From assembly GCA_030390025.1 (NCBI GenBank), contig CM059425.1, forward strand, positions 174,532,001 through 174,596,000: a DNA stretch of 64,000 nt, in the 5' to 3' direction. The notes under the pieces are model-generated. The model had not been told where the DNA came from, made no database searches, and worked only from the letters and a program-made list of their open reading frames with translations. Both the position numbers and the translations under genes were made by a program. Positions 1 to 12,742 of this stretch are shown here, piece after piece. Every line of letters starts with the position of its first letter. Positions within the stretch are counted from its first letter, which is position 1. The DNA comes from Squalus acanthias. Taxonomy: Eukaryota.

Positions 1-1121
1 GCTGTTAATTTCAAAGCAATTTTTCCAAAATTATGTGAAAACCTCCAGTGAGCAAAGCTTTTGGAAAGGATTATATTTCCGAAAAATTAACCGACCATAA
101 TGTGCAGGCTCCAGTCATTTATCATGTATAACATTCTGTAAGCTTAACATTTTTCTGGAACAAAGTAAACTATACAAAGTATGATGGGTAGTTCTGAGGA
201 CTGAAATCCGTAGTTTAAACTTTGCCCCTCCATGCAATGGACGCTGTGTGGAAATGTTTGGGTTTCACACCAGATGCGTTAGGCTTGAACTGCTAATGCT
301 GCTCTGTGTTACATAAACAGAATATAGTAGATGAGTGACAGTTTGATACCAGCTATTATTTCACGAATGAAAAAGACTACAATTTGGAAATCGTTTTTTT
401 TCTTACTGTGAAACACAAAATCTATCATGCTACCAGTCACCTACAGTTTCTGTAGAATGTGCCTAACTTGTTCTTAGTATTTTATTCTGGTAATTTTCTT
501 GTGCATTACTTTCAAAATATGATAGATTTTGTTGAAGTCAAAAATAAATCTCAATCTTTTATTTCAGTGAACTGAAAATATTACTACCAAATCTTCAAAG
601 AAAAATTTGATTTCATTTACGTCACACATTTCATTTCCTTTCTAATTGCTGTAATAATTGCATTGAGAAGCTTGGTAAAAAGCCAATTGGCAAAACCTAA
701 CATGTTGTGCACAGCACTCACATGAATACCACAAAATCTATTGCTACGTTATGGAGGAATTTTGGGACTTGCCCATGAGACGCATCTTTCATTTACTAGT
801 AGATTTTTAAACATATATGAAGAAAACTTAACCAACATCTGGGCTAATTTGGATGTATGTAGCAGTGCTTCATTCATTTGTGAGTATATGCTTCTGGATG
901 CAAGTCAAGGTTGATTTCATGATCTAGTCAAGCACTGCTCTAATGATCACAAGAGGCAGGGTTTGGAACCTTAAAATATATGGATGCCACCCCAGGCAAA
1001 AAATGTCTTAATTCATAATACAAATGGAAAAAATAATCCCCTATAGCTTGTAATACCTTACTTTAAATCACAGTATGCTTTGATATTTTAACGCAACCTC
1101 AATGGCAAATAAGTGCAGTCA

Positions 1122-1139
1122 TTTATTGTACAGTACAGG
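1122..1139 (-). terminator. Candidate polyadenylation signal of the minus-strand host gene
   Basis: Minus strand reads CCTGTACTGTACAATAAA: two UGUA motifs directly before AAUAAA, with GU-rich sequence about 20 nt downstream. It lies about 2.2 kb after the candidate stop at 3348. Confidence 0.3.
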
Positions 1140-1507
1140 TAAACTAACTGCTCAGACTGGAGTTTTTGAGCTGTAGAGTTGTGTGCATCAGGCTGGTAGA
1201 GCAATTACTAAAATATTTATGGTCTAAAATTAGGTTTTAAGCAAAATAAATACTTTAAAAATGACATATTTCACATTATTAAATTTACCCACAAGATGAT
1301 ATTTTATGTCTTCTAATACCTTCATTACAGTTTTTACTTTGAGACTACAGTCATTCTCAAAAGCTAGGGATGGCAGTTAATATTTTTCCCTATCTGCCTA
1401 CAATTCCCCGGATGCCGCAGTCTGAATATGTGCAGAGCGCACAATCTCCCAGCATGCACTCAGAATTTCCAGAGTACTGTATCAGCGTGCCTCAATGGTA
1501 GCGCTCT

Positions 1508-1666
1508 CATAAGAACATAAGAAATAGGAGCAGGAGCAGGCCATTCGGCCCCTCAAGCCTGCTCCACCATTTAATAAGATCATGGCTGATTCGATTTTGG
1601 CCTCAACTCCACTTTCCTGCCCGCTCCCCATAACCCTTAACTCCCCTGTTGCTCAAAAATCTGACT
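1508..1666 (-). mobile_element. CR1 LINE 3' end fragment
   Basis: Reverse complement of the CR1 3' UTR with (TTCTTATG)n tail, matching the ends at 5113 and 18488. Confidence 0.9.
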
Positions 1667-1669
1667 TAT

Positions 1670-2010
1670 GTTCCTTGTCACTGTAACCACCTGTTCAGCT
1701 GCATCCTCCCTTCCCCTTGCCCACCAAGCCAAACCTCTCCCAAGGTTCCCTCTGACCTTGCCCTGAACCCACATCTTTCTCTAGACTCTCTGCTATCTCT
1801 CCTTATACGCTCTCCAAGCGCATCTTGTCCATGAGACCGACCTCTTGCTCGCTCAACACTATTCCCACTAAATTGCTGACCATCCAACTTCCCTACGATG
1901 CTACCGAACATTCTAAACTGTTCCCTCTCCTCAGATACTGACCCCTCCCTTTCAAAACTGCAGTCATCACATCATTCCTCAAAAAAATCACCCTCAATCC
2001 CTGCAAACTT
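1670..2010 (+). mobile_element. L2 LINE ORF2 fragment (degenerate)
   Basis: Pyrimidine-rich. Decayed motifs SCSLNTIPTKLL ... FKTAVIT.FLKK.TLNP, typical of the L2 pre-RT region. Confidence 0.7.
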
Positions 2011-3347
2011 CTACTGAACGTGTAGTTCACCGCCCCCCCCCCCCGCACCAACCCTGAAGAATTCGGCATTCCACCAACTCTGGCCTCTTACTTTCCTGAA
2101 GGGAGTGGGAGATGTGTGTCACAGAAAGCGCATGAACTTACAAGTCTTTTACTATATTAAATAGAAAACAGACAGATAGGATAGTTAGCCTTGCACAACA
2201 AAGCATCTGTCACACACAAGGTGTCAGTCTTTTTTAGAAAGAAGCAAGTCAGAGATCTGCAGCCTCAAATTTAAAGGTAAGTTATTGACAGCTCAGCTAC
2301 AATAACAAGCAGCTACAATCCCCACAATGGGTACTTGAGCAGTAACCTTAAAGAAACAGGCCAGGTTAACAGCTAAACAACACAACTGTGCTCCAAACCA
2401 CAGACCATCAATGACCAAAGTCATGGGAGATCTGCTAGTTTTAACATATAGAGATATATTACACACATTATATTATGGGAATTGGAAAGTTACATTGTTG
2501 CCCTGTACATTGTTGCCATTTCGGCTAATCAAGACATAAATCGATGAGACATGTGTAAACTGACAAATTAAGAAACTCAGCCGATTACAATTTTTTTAAA
2601 TGAATGATCACAGACATGTCACTGAACTGTGGGCAGTAATAAATTCAGACATTCCTTTGGCTTTGAAATTAAAAATTAAAATGTTGCAAATTAAACTTAC
2701 TGAAGATCTCACTACAGTTTTAAAATGAGCCCTTTTTATCTACTTAACCACTCCTTATTACATCCAACAAGTATTTGAAAATCCAGCTGAAATGCGGAAA
2801 CAACTCAAAACTGCAAGAATGCTGCAGAAAAAAATTCTGCAAGTAGAATTATTTTGAAAATTGGGCCAAGAATTTATAGTGTTGTACATTCTTATTACCT
2901 TATTCAAAATTTCATAAGTGGAATAAGAATTTGTTTATGTTGCTTTGCTGTTCATTGTTGGTGAGGTAGCTTGTTCAGCTCTACTTTTTAAAGTATCCAG
3001 AGTAGAACCAGCATTGTTCAATTTGAGTACGTTGATAAAAATATACCTGTGCTGCCCCTTTGACACTGCTTTTAGCACCAGGTCTCACAACCAATGTCTG
3101 GTTAACAAACAGAATCAAAGGGTCCGCATTAATAGCATATAACTAACAGCCATAACTAACATTAACTGGCTGACATTTAAATTCCCAGTAATACACCAAG
3201 TTTAAGATTCCAGGCAGTGTTTTGACTGTTGAGCTGCTGGAAGGATATCAACAGGAAATCCACTTCTGCAGGAGTAAATTGTCACACCCTTATGCTCCTG
3301 GAGTACTTAATTGGTATGGTTTATATTTCAAGAGCTTTACACTGGTG

Positions 3348-3390
3348 TCAGTCCAGAGACTCATTGGTGTCTGACACTGAATTTGGATAT
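3348..3390 (-). CDS. Candidate terminal coding exon of an unidentified host gene ((R)YPNSVSDTNESLD*)
   Basis: Acceptor TTTTTTTTCTGATTCAG|A TAT CCA AAT TCA GTG TCA GAC ACC AAT GAG TCT CTG GAC TGA. The phase-2 start fits the exon at 25180-25226. Followed by unique AT-rich UTR-like sequence. Confidence 0.45.
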
Positions 3391-4319
3391 CTGAATCAGA
3401 AAAAAAACCTGTGTGCTACAAAGAATAAAATATATATTAATTACACTATACCTTTACACTTTGAGGTATTTGGCAGAATTTGAATTCTTGCAGTAACCTG
3501 TTTGAAGAGCCTGCCTTTGTGAGTCAGCGCCCTCAAACAGAATCATCAGCATACATCTGTGAATTTGATCTGATTTTTAAACCACATAGCTGCAACATGA
3601 TGTCGGCCTTTTCATATGGATGCAATTTAATCACCATTCACTGAAAAAACTAATCCAATGCCAAGCCATAGAGGGGCCAGCGTGACACTGCCACAGCTTC
3701 TTCACACCAGCTGCAATTCAATCACACAAACTATTTAACAGACACAAATATTTCACAAATTCCCTGACATTGAGCAGAGCATTTATAAGAGAAAACTTCA
3801 CTATGATGCTGATAATGTCAGTTTAAAAAAAATAATTCCAAATACTACTAAAACAATATCATGTTCCTGTGTGATATATTCAATGAGATATCAAATTAAC
3901 CCAACTAATATGACCTATTTGTTGACCTATATATTGAAGTATTAGAGGAGATAATTATTTCCATATAATATGCCCTATTTTACTTGTTTTTGTCCTTTAC
4001 TCTTAAAAAAATTAAGCTAAAATACTTTCAGCTAAGATGGCAGTAAAAGTTTTGGAATAAAGTTTTTGTCCAGTGTTGCTTTTCTTTGACCATGATGTTT
4101 TTTCCTTTTCTTCTAAAATTATCTGATGACCCTCAGGTGGCTCTCCTTTATCTTGTGGGTTCAGACTTCATTTATATATGAAGCTAACATGAAATTTATA
4201 TTGTACCATTTCACATATTATGTATCCAGTAGATAGCAGCTTAATGGAGAGGATCCTGTTCCCTCCCCTGGCAGGAAATGGAACTCAGCAAATAATTGTT
4301 AGTCTCTAATTAATCTGAA

Positions 4320-5755
4320 ACAACAACAACATGCACTTATGTAGCACCTTTAACATAAAGAATGTCCAAAGGCTTTTTACAGCTATGTGCAAGTAAAACG
4401 GTTACCAAGATATGGTGGGGGAGGTTAAGTGCAATGACCAATAAGGATAAGCAATAAGGAAGGCAAATGGCATGTTGGCCTTTATTGCAAGGGGTTGGAC
4501 TATAAGAGTAAGGAAGTCTTGCTACAATTGTACAGGGCCTTGGTGAGACCACACCTGGAGTACTGTGCACAGTTTTGGTCTCCTTATCTAAGAAAGGATA
4601 TACTTGCCTTGGAGGCAGTGCAACGAAGGTTCATTAGATTGATTCCTGGGATGAGAGGGCTGTCCTATGATGAGAGATTGTGTAGAATGGGCTTATACTC
4701 TCTGGAATTTAGAAGAATGAGTGGTGATCTCATTGAAACATACAAGATTCTGAAGGGGATTGACAGGGTAGATGCTGAGAGGTTGTTTCCCTTGGCTGGA
4801 GTGTCCAGACCTCGGGGGCATAGTCTCAGGATAAGGGATAGGCCATTTAAGACCGAGATGAGGAGGAATTTCTTCACTCAGAGGGTTGTGAATCTTTGGA
4901 ATTCTCTGCCCCAGAGGGCTGTGAATGCCGAGTCTTTGAACATATTCAAGGCTGAGATAGACAGATTTTTGGACTCTAGGGGAATCAAGGGATATGGAGA
5001 TCAGGCGGGAAAGTGGAGTTGAGGTCGATGATCAGCCATGATCTTATTGAATGGCGGAGCAGGCTTGAGGGGCCGTATGGCCTACTCCTGCTCTTATTTC
5101 TTATGTTCTTATGTTCAAAAGCTTGGTCGAAGAGTTTAGTTTTGTGAGAATTTTAAATGGGAAAATGGAGATGGAACGGCTGAGAGTTTCAGGGAGGGAA
5201 TCACATAGTGTAGGACGAAGGCAGCTGAAAGCTCAGAGATGGCAGGGAGGAGGGGAGATGAAGCACAGAAGGCCTAAGTCAAAGGAACAGAGATTTTGAG
5301 GGGGATGCGAGACTGGAGTCGGTTACAGAGATAGGGTGGAGCAAGGCCTTGAGGATATTTAAAGATGAGGACGAAGATTTTAAATGTTATTGTGTTGGGG
5401 ATGGGAAGCCAACGCAGGTCAACAAGGACAGTGGTGATGGACAAGAGATACTTAGTGTAGCAGAGTTTTTGACAAGCTGGTGTTTATGGAGGGTGCAGAA
5501 TAGGACACCATCACTGAGAGTATTAGAATGGTCAAGCCTGGAGCTGACAAAGGCACGTTGGAGGGTTTCAGTAGCCAAGGGCTGAAGCACAGGCTAGTGC
5601 TGGCAATATTGTGGCAATGGAAGTAAGCAGTCATTTGATGGAAAGGACATGAAATCTGAAATGGAGCTCAGGCTCAGACAGGACACCAAGGTTGTGAAAG
5701 GTCTGGTTGGGCCAGTGGTCAGGGAAGGGGATGAAATCAAAGGTTGGGGAACTGA
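4320..5755 (-). mobile_element. L2 LINE 3' fragment, split by a CR1 insertion
   Basis: L2-type tail at 4320-4380. ORF 5387-5590 (ETLQRAFVSSRLDHSNTL) matches the L2 C-terminal 'LVHAFVTSRLDYCN' motif. Resumes at about 5117 after the CR1. Confidence 0.8.
4445..5116 (+). mobile_element. 5'-truncated CR1 LINE
   Basis: ORF 4495-5022 LYRALVRPHLEYCAQFWSP...RNFFTQRVVNLWNSLP; (TTCTTATG)n tail. Confidence 0.95.
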
Positions 5756-5763
5756 CTCAGCAG

Positions 5764-5923
5764 CAATGTTCCTGTTAAGCTGCGCGGCGCACTGGACTGG
5801 AGGTCCCGCACAGGCCTGCTCACTGGATTTTTAATAGAAATAACCATGCATGCACGGACATGTGAATGGGCCACACAGCCCGTTAAAGGGGCCGTGCACC
5901 CAAAAAAATTAAAGGGAACATTA
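5764..5923. mobile_element. hAT-type MITE (160 bp)
   Basis: TIRs CAATGTTCC / GGAACATTA; 8-bp TSD CTCAGCAG/CTCAGCGG. Homologous in inverted orientation to 12372-12537. Confidence 0.8.
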
Positions 5924-5959
5924 CTCAGCGGCAGTGGCCAAAGACAATGAATATAGACT

Positions 5960-7428
5960 ATAAATTCTATAGACTCTGGAACAGTTCCCATGGATTGGAG
6001 GGTAGCTAATGTAACCCCACTATTTAAAAAAGGTGGTAGAGAGAAAACGGGGAATTATAGACCATCGGTAGTGGGGGAAATGCTAGAGTCCATTATAAAA
6101 GATGTAATAGCAGAGCACTTGGAAAACAGTGACAGGATCGGACAAAGTCAACATGGATTTACAAAAGGTAAATCATGCTTGACTAATCTACTGGAATTTT
6201 TTGAGGATGTAACTGGTAGAATAGATAAGGGAGAAACAGTGGATGTGGTGTATTTGGACTTTCAGAAGGCTTTCGATAAGGTCCCGCATAAGAGATTAGC
6301 GTGCAAAGTTAAAGCACATGGGATTGGGGGTAAGGTACTGACTTGGATAGAAAACTGGTTGGCAGACAGGAAGCAAAGAGTTGGAATAAACTGGTCTTTT
6401 TCCGAGTGGCAGGCAGTGACTAGTGGGGTACCGCAGGGATCGGTGCTAGGACCCCAGTTATTCACAATATATATTAATGATCTAGACGAGGGAACTAGAT
6501 GTAATATCTCCAAGTTTGCAGATGACACAAAGCTGGGTGGGCGTGTGTGCTGTGAGGAGGATGCAGAGAAACTCCAGTATGATTTGGACAGGTTGGGTGA
6601 TTGGGCAGATGCAGTATAATGTGGATAAATGCGAGGTTATCCACTTTGGTGGCAAAAACAGGAAGGCAGATTATTATCTGAACGGCAATAGATTGGGAAA
6701 AGGGGAAGTGCAATGAGACCTGGGTGTCCTTGTGCACCAGTCGCTGAAGGTATGCATGCAGGTGCAGCAGGCAGTTAAGAAGGCAAATGGTATGTTGGCC
6801 TTCATAGCGAGAGGATTCGAGTACAGGAGCAAGGATGTCTTGCTGCAGTTGTACAGGGCATTGGTGAGACCACACCTTGAGTATTGTGTGCAGTTTTGGT
6901 CGCCTTGTCTGAGGAAGGATGTTCTTGCCATGGAGGGAGTGCAGCGAAGATTCACCAGACTGATACCTGGGATGGCAGGAATGACGTATGAAGAGAGATT
7001 GGGTCGATTAGGCTTATATTCGCTAGAGTTTAGAAGAATGAGAGGGGATCTCATTGAAACTTGTAAAATTCTAACAGGACTAGACAGACGAGATGCAGGA
7101 AGGCTGTTCCCGATGGCGGGGGAGTCCAGAACCAGGGGTCACAGTCTAAGGATAAGGGGTAAGCCATTTAGGACTGAGATGAGGAGGAATTTGTTCACCC
7201 AGAGAATGGTGAACCTGTGGAATTCTCTACCACAGAAGGCAGTTGAGGCCAATTCATTAAATATATTCAAGAAGGAGTTAGATATATTTCTTAAGGCTAA
7301 GGGGATCAAGGGATATGGGGAGAAAGCAGGGACAGGGTACTGAATTTGGATGATCAGCCATGATCGCATTGAATGGCGGAGCAGGCTCGAGGGGCCGAAT
7401 GGCCTGCTCTTATCTTCTATGTTTCTAT
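5960..7428 (+). mobile_element. 5'-truncated CR1 LINE (RT domain to 3' tail)
   Basis: ORFs 5990-6619 ([28 protein letters not shown]) and 6732-7343; disrupted by frameshift/stop; (TTCTATG) tail. Confidence 0.95.
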
Positions 7429-8309
7429 GGGGGAGAAATTCAGTATCGCCCCATTTGGGGCGCAATTATCGGCCGGGCGCAAAGATTAGCGCCTGGCGCT
7501 AATTATCACCTCCGACTGCAAACTTGACTTTTATTGCCCCTGGAGGTGATTGGAGCACTAAATCAGGCGCTTCACACCTGTCTTAAGGCGCAAAGGCTGA
7601 GGAGCGAGGCGCTACCTCAGAGCGCTGGCGAAGCTCATATGATGTCAGTCAGCAATGGAACACACACACAACGGCGCCAGCCAGTTCTTAAAGGGGAGGG
7701 TTGATCTTGCTTTCCATCCACATCCTGCTCATTGCAGCCTTGAATCTCGGCCTGGAGAGACCTGTACATCAAATCTGCTGGAAAGAACAATGGAGAGTAC
7801 CAGGGAAAGAGCTCAGAGTGCAGCCCCCACAGTCTCTTCTAAATTGTTACAAGGAAGGGCAAATCAAAATGAACCTGCAAAGTGATGCTCAGTACCCAAA
7901 ACTCCTTCACACAGCGTTGAATCTCTCCAGAAGTCTCTCTCTCTCTCTCTCAGAATGCGTGGTTCAAAAATGTCACCAACAATAAAAGGCAGGAAGCGGT
8001 CGCCTTTAAATAGCGCTCCCCCAGTCCCTTCCTGACTGCAAAACGCTCCCCTCAACCTGTCGTTGCTAGTGGCAGGCGGTAAGGCAGGGGGTGCCACTCA
8101 ATATCCGCTCCGGGGCGTTGCGCACTTGACTGACGTCACAATCTGCCGGCGCAGGAGATCGTGGCGGTAGTGTTTAGCGCCGCCGCAAAATGTCTAGTTA
8201 ATTTCGCGACGGCACAAACATCGCTGCACCCGGGCGCTAGTTGCTTTGCGCCCCATTAGCACCCTCTGAAGGCGCTAACAGGAGGCGCAACCAACTGAAT
8301 TTTTCCCCC
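7429..8309. mobile_element. Non-autonomous PIF/Harbinger-type element inserted in a CR1 tail
   Basis: TIRs GGGGGAGAAATTCAGT / ACTGAATTTTTCCCCC; 3-bp TSD TAT; GC-rich subterminal inverted motifs. Confidence 0.8.
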
Positions 8310-8319
8310 TATGTTTCTA

Positions 8320-9100
8320 TGGTCTTCCCAATTTTGAAGGAAGTTATGACTCATCCGAGAATGGACATTGGACAATTAGTCTGATAACAAAGAGACAATT
8401 GAAGGATTGAGTGAGGTGCTGGAGAAGTGAAGCTGGGCATTATTGGTGTACATATGGAAGCTGATCCCAAGTTTGTGGATGATGTCCACCAAAGGGCAAC
8501 ATGTAGATAAAGAGGCGGATGGACCTTGGGAGACTGTAATCTTTACAGCGCAGAGGAGGGAAGAGAAGCCAATGCTAGAGATGCACAAGCTAAAATCAGA
8601 GAGTTCGGAATTGAACCATGAAGCTAGACAATGGAGCAGAGATGTTGAAGGCATAGTTAACTACGTGAAAAGTTGTGGAGAGGTCAAGGACGGTGAAGAG
8701 GGATAAATCACCATATTCACAGTTACAAAGATGTCATTCATTAGGGCATGGAGCTGGGAGGCAACAACAACTTCAAGGATCCTAGAGAGGAAAGGGAGGT
8801 TGAGATTGAGGCAATAATTGCAAGGTGAGGATGTGCTGTACTGTTTTGAAGGGGAGAGGAATGGTGCCTGAGGAGAGAGAACCACTGACAATGTCAGCTA
8901 ACACGGGGGAGTTGGGTAGTCAAGAATTGAGTAGGAAGGCAATCGAGGAAGCAAGCATTGGTCTCAAAACAAGATGATCTTGAAGAAGGCAGGAGGAAGA
9001 TGGGGAGAAGCTGTAGAGAGAAGGGTTCATGTTTCGAGCAGGTGAGAAACTGGGCTAGGGCCTAGGTGCAAGATGTTGGGGAGGATCCAGCAGAAGTCGT
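8320..9100 (-). mobile_element. L2 LINE RT fragment (degenerate)
   Basis: Minus ORFs with VSQGPS..., IIHKLGISFHMYTNNAQL (decayed YADD) and NLPFLSRILEVVVASQL. Confidence 0.75.
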
Positions 9101-9469
9101 GAATACTTATATTTTTTTTAATCTATTTATATTACCTTTGATCTGTTTCAATTACCTAATCAGGTTGTGAGTAAGACCCACATTTTCTACTCCAGATAAC
9201 AACTACTCATCCTGCTGGATCAAGAAGCCAGTGTCTGTCAAAAATCAATTAAAAATGCTCAATTGCTTTACAGTTTATTTATGCAAAACAAACACATTGC
9301 CCAATATAATTCTTCTGGATGATGGGAGTACATAAATAATCAAGGTTTCACTGCACGTTATTTATCATAAGCATAATATTTCATAAGCGCACTGTGCAAA
9401 GATGTCCTGTTCCATAAAACAGAGTGATGTAATGTACTGATAGAGATTAGGTAATAATATTTTGGGACT

Positions 9470-10669
9470 CAGCAGTGCACACAAGAGGAGGGGATGTTTG
9501 GTAATGAGAAAGGAATTCTTCTCATTGAGGATTTAGTAATAACTGAGATACGAAGCGAGTGCTTTGCCTTGCTTTTCACAGATGAGTGTGGTAGTGGAAA
9601 TGAAAGGGTACAGAAGGTGAAACAATTAGATAGGATAAAGCTAGATAAGGAAGTAGTCCTGAAAACGTAAGTGGAACTCAAAGTGAAAAAGGCATGAGGC
9701 CTTGCTGGCATGCATCTTCAAATGCTGACTGAAGTCAGAGAGGAACTATCAAAGGCTCTGACCACAATCTTTTAAATATCCTTGGATATGAAAGTTGTAC
9801 CAGAGGATTGGAGGGTTTCCAATGTAATGCTATTGAAGAAGACAGAAAGGGATAAATCGGGTAACTGTAGGTTAATCAGCCTAATATCAGGACTGGATAG
9901 GCTTCTAGAGTCCATAATGCAGGTTCAAATTAATACTTAGAGAAAAACACAATTTAATTCCGGATTTGTAAAAGGCAAGTCATAGCTAACAAATTTAATA
10001 GAATTCTTTGAGGAAATACTGAATGTATTGAAAAAGGAAATACAGTTAATGTTTTGCATAAGGATTTTCAAATGGCATTTGATAAGGTGCCATATTGGAG
10101 GCTTGTTGATAAAATTAAGCAACATGGTATTAAAGGGAATGTGGCAACATTAAGAGGAAGATGGCTGAAGGACACAAAACAGCAGGTCGTGCTTAATGGA
10201 TGTTTTTCAGATTAAAGGGTTGAAAATCGTAGTGTTTCCTGGGGACAGCATTAGGACTCAATGCTCTTCACTTATAAATGAAATACACACACACACACAC
10301 AAATTGATCTGGGCTCACTTACAATGAGACTAAATTAAAATTTACAGATGACACAAAAAAGTGTCTTCAGGAGGACAATCACATTAATAGATTGGACAGA
10401 TAGATGTCAGATAAAATATTATGCAGAGAAATATGAAGAATTTTAGGAAAAAGCTTAAAGAGAGGAAATATGCACAAAATGCTAAAACTTTAAACGATGG
10501 CGAGAAGTAGAAAGAATTAGGGATTCAGACACACAAATCTTTAAAGTGGGTGGACAGGTTGCTAAAACTGCATAAAAATCCTAAATTTTATAAATAGGGG
10601 CATTGATTACTAAAGCAAAGAGGTAATGCTACACCTATATAAATAATTAATTAGGCTACTTAGAATATT
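9470..10669 (+). mobile_element. Old CR1 LINE fragment (continues at 18675-18770 after the Harbinger insertion)
   Basis: Decayed PEDWRVSNV, AFDKVP and KFTDDTK motifs. ...CTTAGAAT(ATT) rejoins ACTGTGTCC across the insert. Confidence 0.8.
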
Positions 10670-12106
10670 GGCCCCGACATTAACTCGGAGACGTGTTGGG
10701 GCGGGGGGTCCAATATCACGTGGGAAACCCGGAAAAAAGTTCAGTGCCTCTGTCAGTGCCTTTTTGTCTGTCAGCCTGCTCGTTAGCATTTTACTTCCAG
10801 GTTTAGTGTCCAATGCGCGGCAATGGATGTGATGAGGACCCGCATGATGCGATTTCAACTTCAGTATTTAAAGGGAAAATCCGTGGATTTTGGAGATGGA
10901 ATTTGGAGAAGTTGGAGTTAGAAACAAGACAAGGCAAGGTGTGACAATGAACTCCTGAGAGGTAAAGGCTGTGCTGCGGTTCAATGACACCTCGCTTGAT
11001 GTGCTGCTGCGTCAGTGAGGAGTCGGAGAGAGATAAACTTCCCCAGCAATGGGAGGAAGAAACCTGCTGCTGGCACCAAAAAGGTGTGGGTGGAGGTGGT
11101 TGAAGAGGTCAGCAGCAGGAGCGTAGTACCACACTCATGGATTCAGTCCAGGAAGCGCTTTAATGACCTAACCAGGTCAGGAAAGGGGAGTACAGTTGCA
11201 CATTCACCTGCATCCTGCTGTGCGCTTCACTCCACCCCCTCACTCTGCCTGGTCAAGCCTACTTCATCGCATCACTCCTCACACCCACCTACCTTGCACG
11301 CACACAACATCCTCCTCTTTCTATACACTTCCTCAAATCCCATCTATCAGCCATCACTCCCACTCACCCTTATGCAATTTCATGCCTCTCCCTCATAGTC
11401 ACCCTCACCAAATGCACTGTATCCACTGGGTGAACACAAGCAATTACACTCACTCATAGGTCTGTTCTTTAACTCATTGCAGAAGAAGAGAGCACAGAAC
11501 ACGAGGGAGAGGGAGAGAACTAGAGGTGGGCCTCCACAGATTTCCCAGCTCACAAATGCAGAGGAGGAGGCACTGGAGATCAGTGGAGCTTCAGCGTCCC
11601 TGGCTGTCGGAGATGGGGAGATGGGGAGCTCCCAGCTACCTGGTGACACAGTTAAATATCAGTGATCCACATGTCATACAGCACTCAGTCATGTTGACTT
11701 GATTTCAACAGTCAGCAAAATATGATCATCTTCATATTGATAACTTGCAACATTCTTACTTTGTCAGCACTAATTCATATCTTTTATCTCTGACAGGGCC
11801 TTCACGTGTGCAGCGAAGTCGCTGGATCACGGACGACGATTCCTCAGAGGAGCAGATTCCCTCTGAGGGTGTACCATCACAGGACTCCTGCATACCATAC
11901 AACAGCTCAGATACTCGCACTCCGGTGGGATCAGTTAGACAGATAGTTGGGTTTTCACCTGGTGACTCACACTTCACAAGGGAGCAAGAGCAGATGGTGG
12001 TGGCAGGGACAGCAGTGGAGGGTCCGCGTCGGAGGGCACAGCCCTCTCCACGCTCTGCTCAGCCAGACACAGATGCTGTACCCTGGGGGCCGTCGATGAA
12101 AAGGAG

Positions 12107-12742
12107 AAAAAGAAAAGGAAGACTTGCATTTATATAGAGCCTTTCACAACCACAGGACGTCCTAAACCAGTTTACAGCCATTGAAGTACTTTTGAAGTGT
12201 AATCACTGTTGTAATGTAGGAAACGCGGCAACCAATTTGCGCACAGCAAGCTCCCACAAACAACAATGTGATAACGACCAGATAATCTGTTTTAGTGATG
12301 TTGACTGAGGGACTAATATTGGCCAGGACACTGGGGATAACTCCCCTGCTCTTCTTCAAAATAGTGCCATACAATGTTCCTTGTAATTTTTTTTTTGTGT
12401 GCACGCAGCCCCTTTAAGGGGCTACACGGCCCATTCAAACTCCCACCCATGTGCGGTATTTCCATTGAGAAACCAGCAAGCGGCCTGCGCGGGAGCTGCA
12501 GACAACATCACGGCCACGCAGCTAAATGGGAAGATTGGTGCCATGAGATCTTTTATGCCGACCTGAGAGAGCAAACAAGGCCTCAATTTAACATCTCATC
12601 TGAAACCTCCAACAACGCAGCAGCTCCCTCAGTATTGCACTGGAGTGTCAGCTAGATTTTTGTGCTCAAGTCTCTGGAGTTGGATTTGAACCCACAACCT
12701 TCTGACTCAGAGGTGAGAATTCTACCAACTGAGCCACAGCTG
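12107..12742 (-). mobile_element. tRNA-headed Deu-domain SINE (SacSINE1/AmnSINE1-like)
   Basis: A box TGGCTCAGTTGG, B box GGTTCAAATCC, Deu-like core (GAAGAAGAGCAGGGGAGTTATCCCC...CCTGGCCAATATT), tail CTATATAAATGCAAGTCTT. Confidence 0.85.
12372..12537. mobile_element. hAT-type MITE inserted in the SINE
   Basis: TIRs CAATGTTCC / GGAAGATTG; 8-bp TSD GTGCCATA/GTGCCATG. Confidence 0.85.

Noticed and set aside
6262..7465. Antisense ORFs over CR1 and other LINE copies (e.g. MRSPLILLNS..., MWLVQLSF...)
   Set aside because: Recurrent shadow frames of RT coding sequence with no independent gene signals.
12670..12742. tRNA genes (also 22170, 31920, 50330-50400, 55570)
   Set aside because: The A/B boxes are SINE heads continuing into SINE bodies; no complete cloverleaf.
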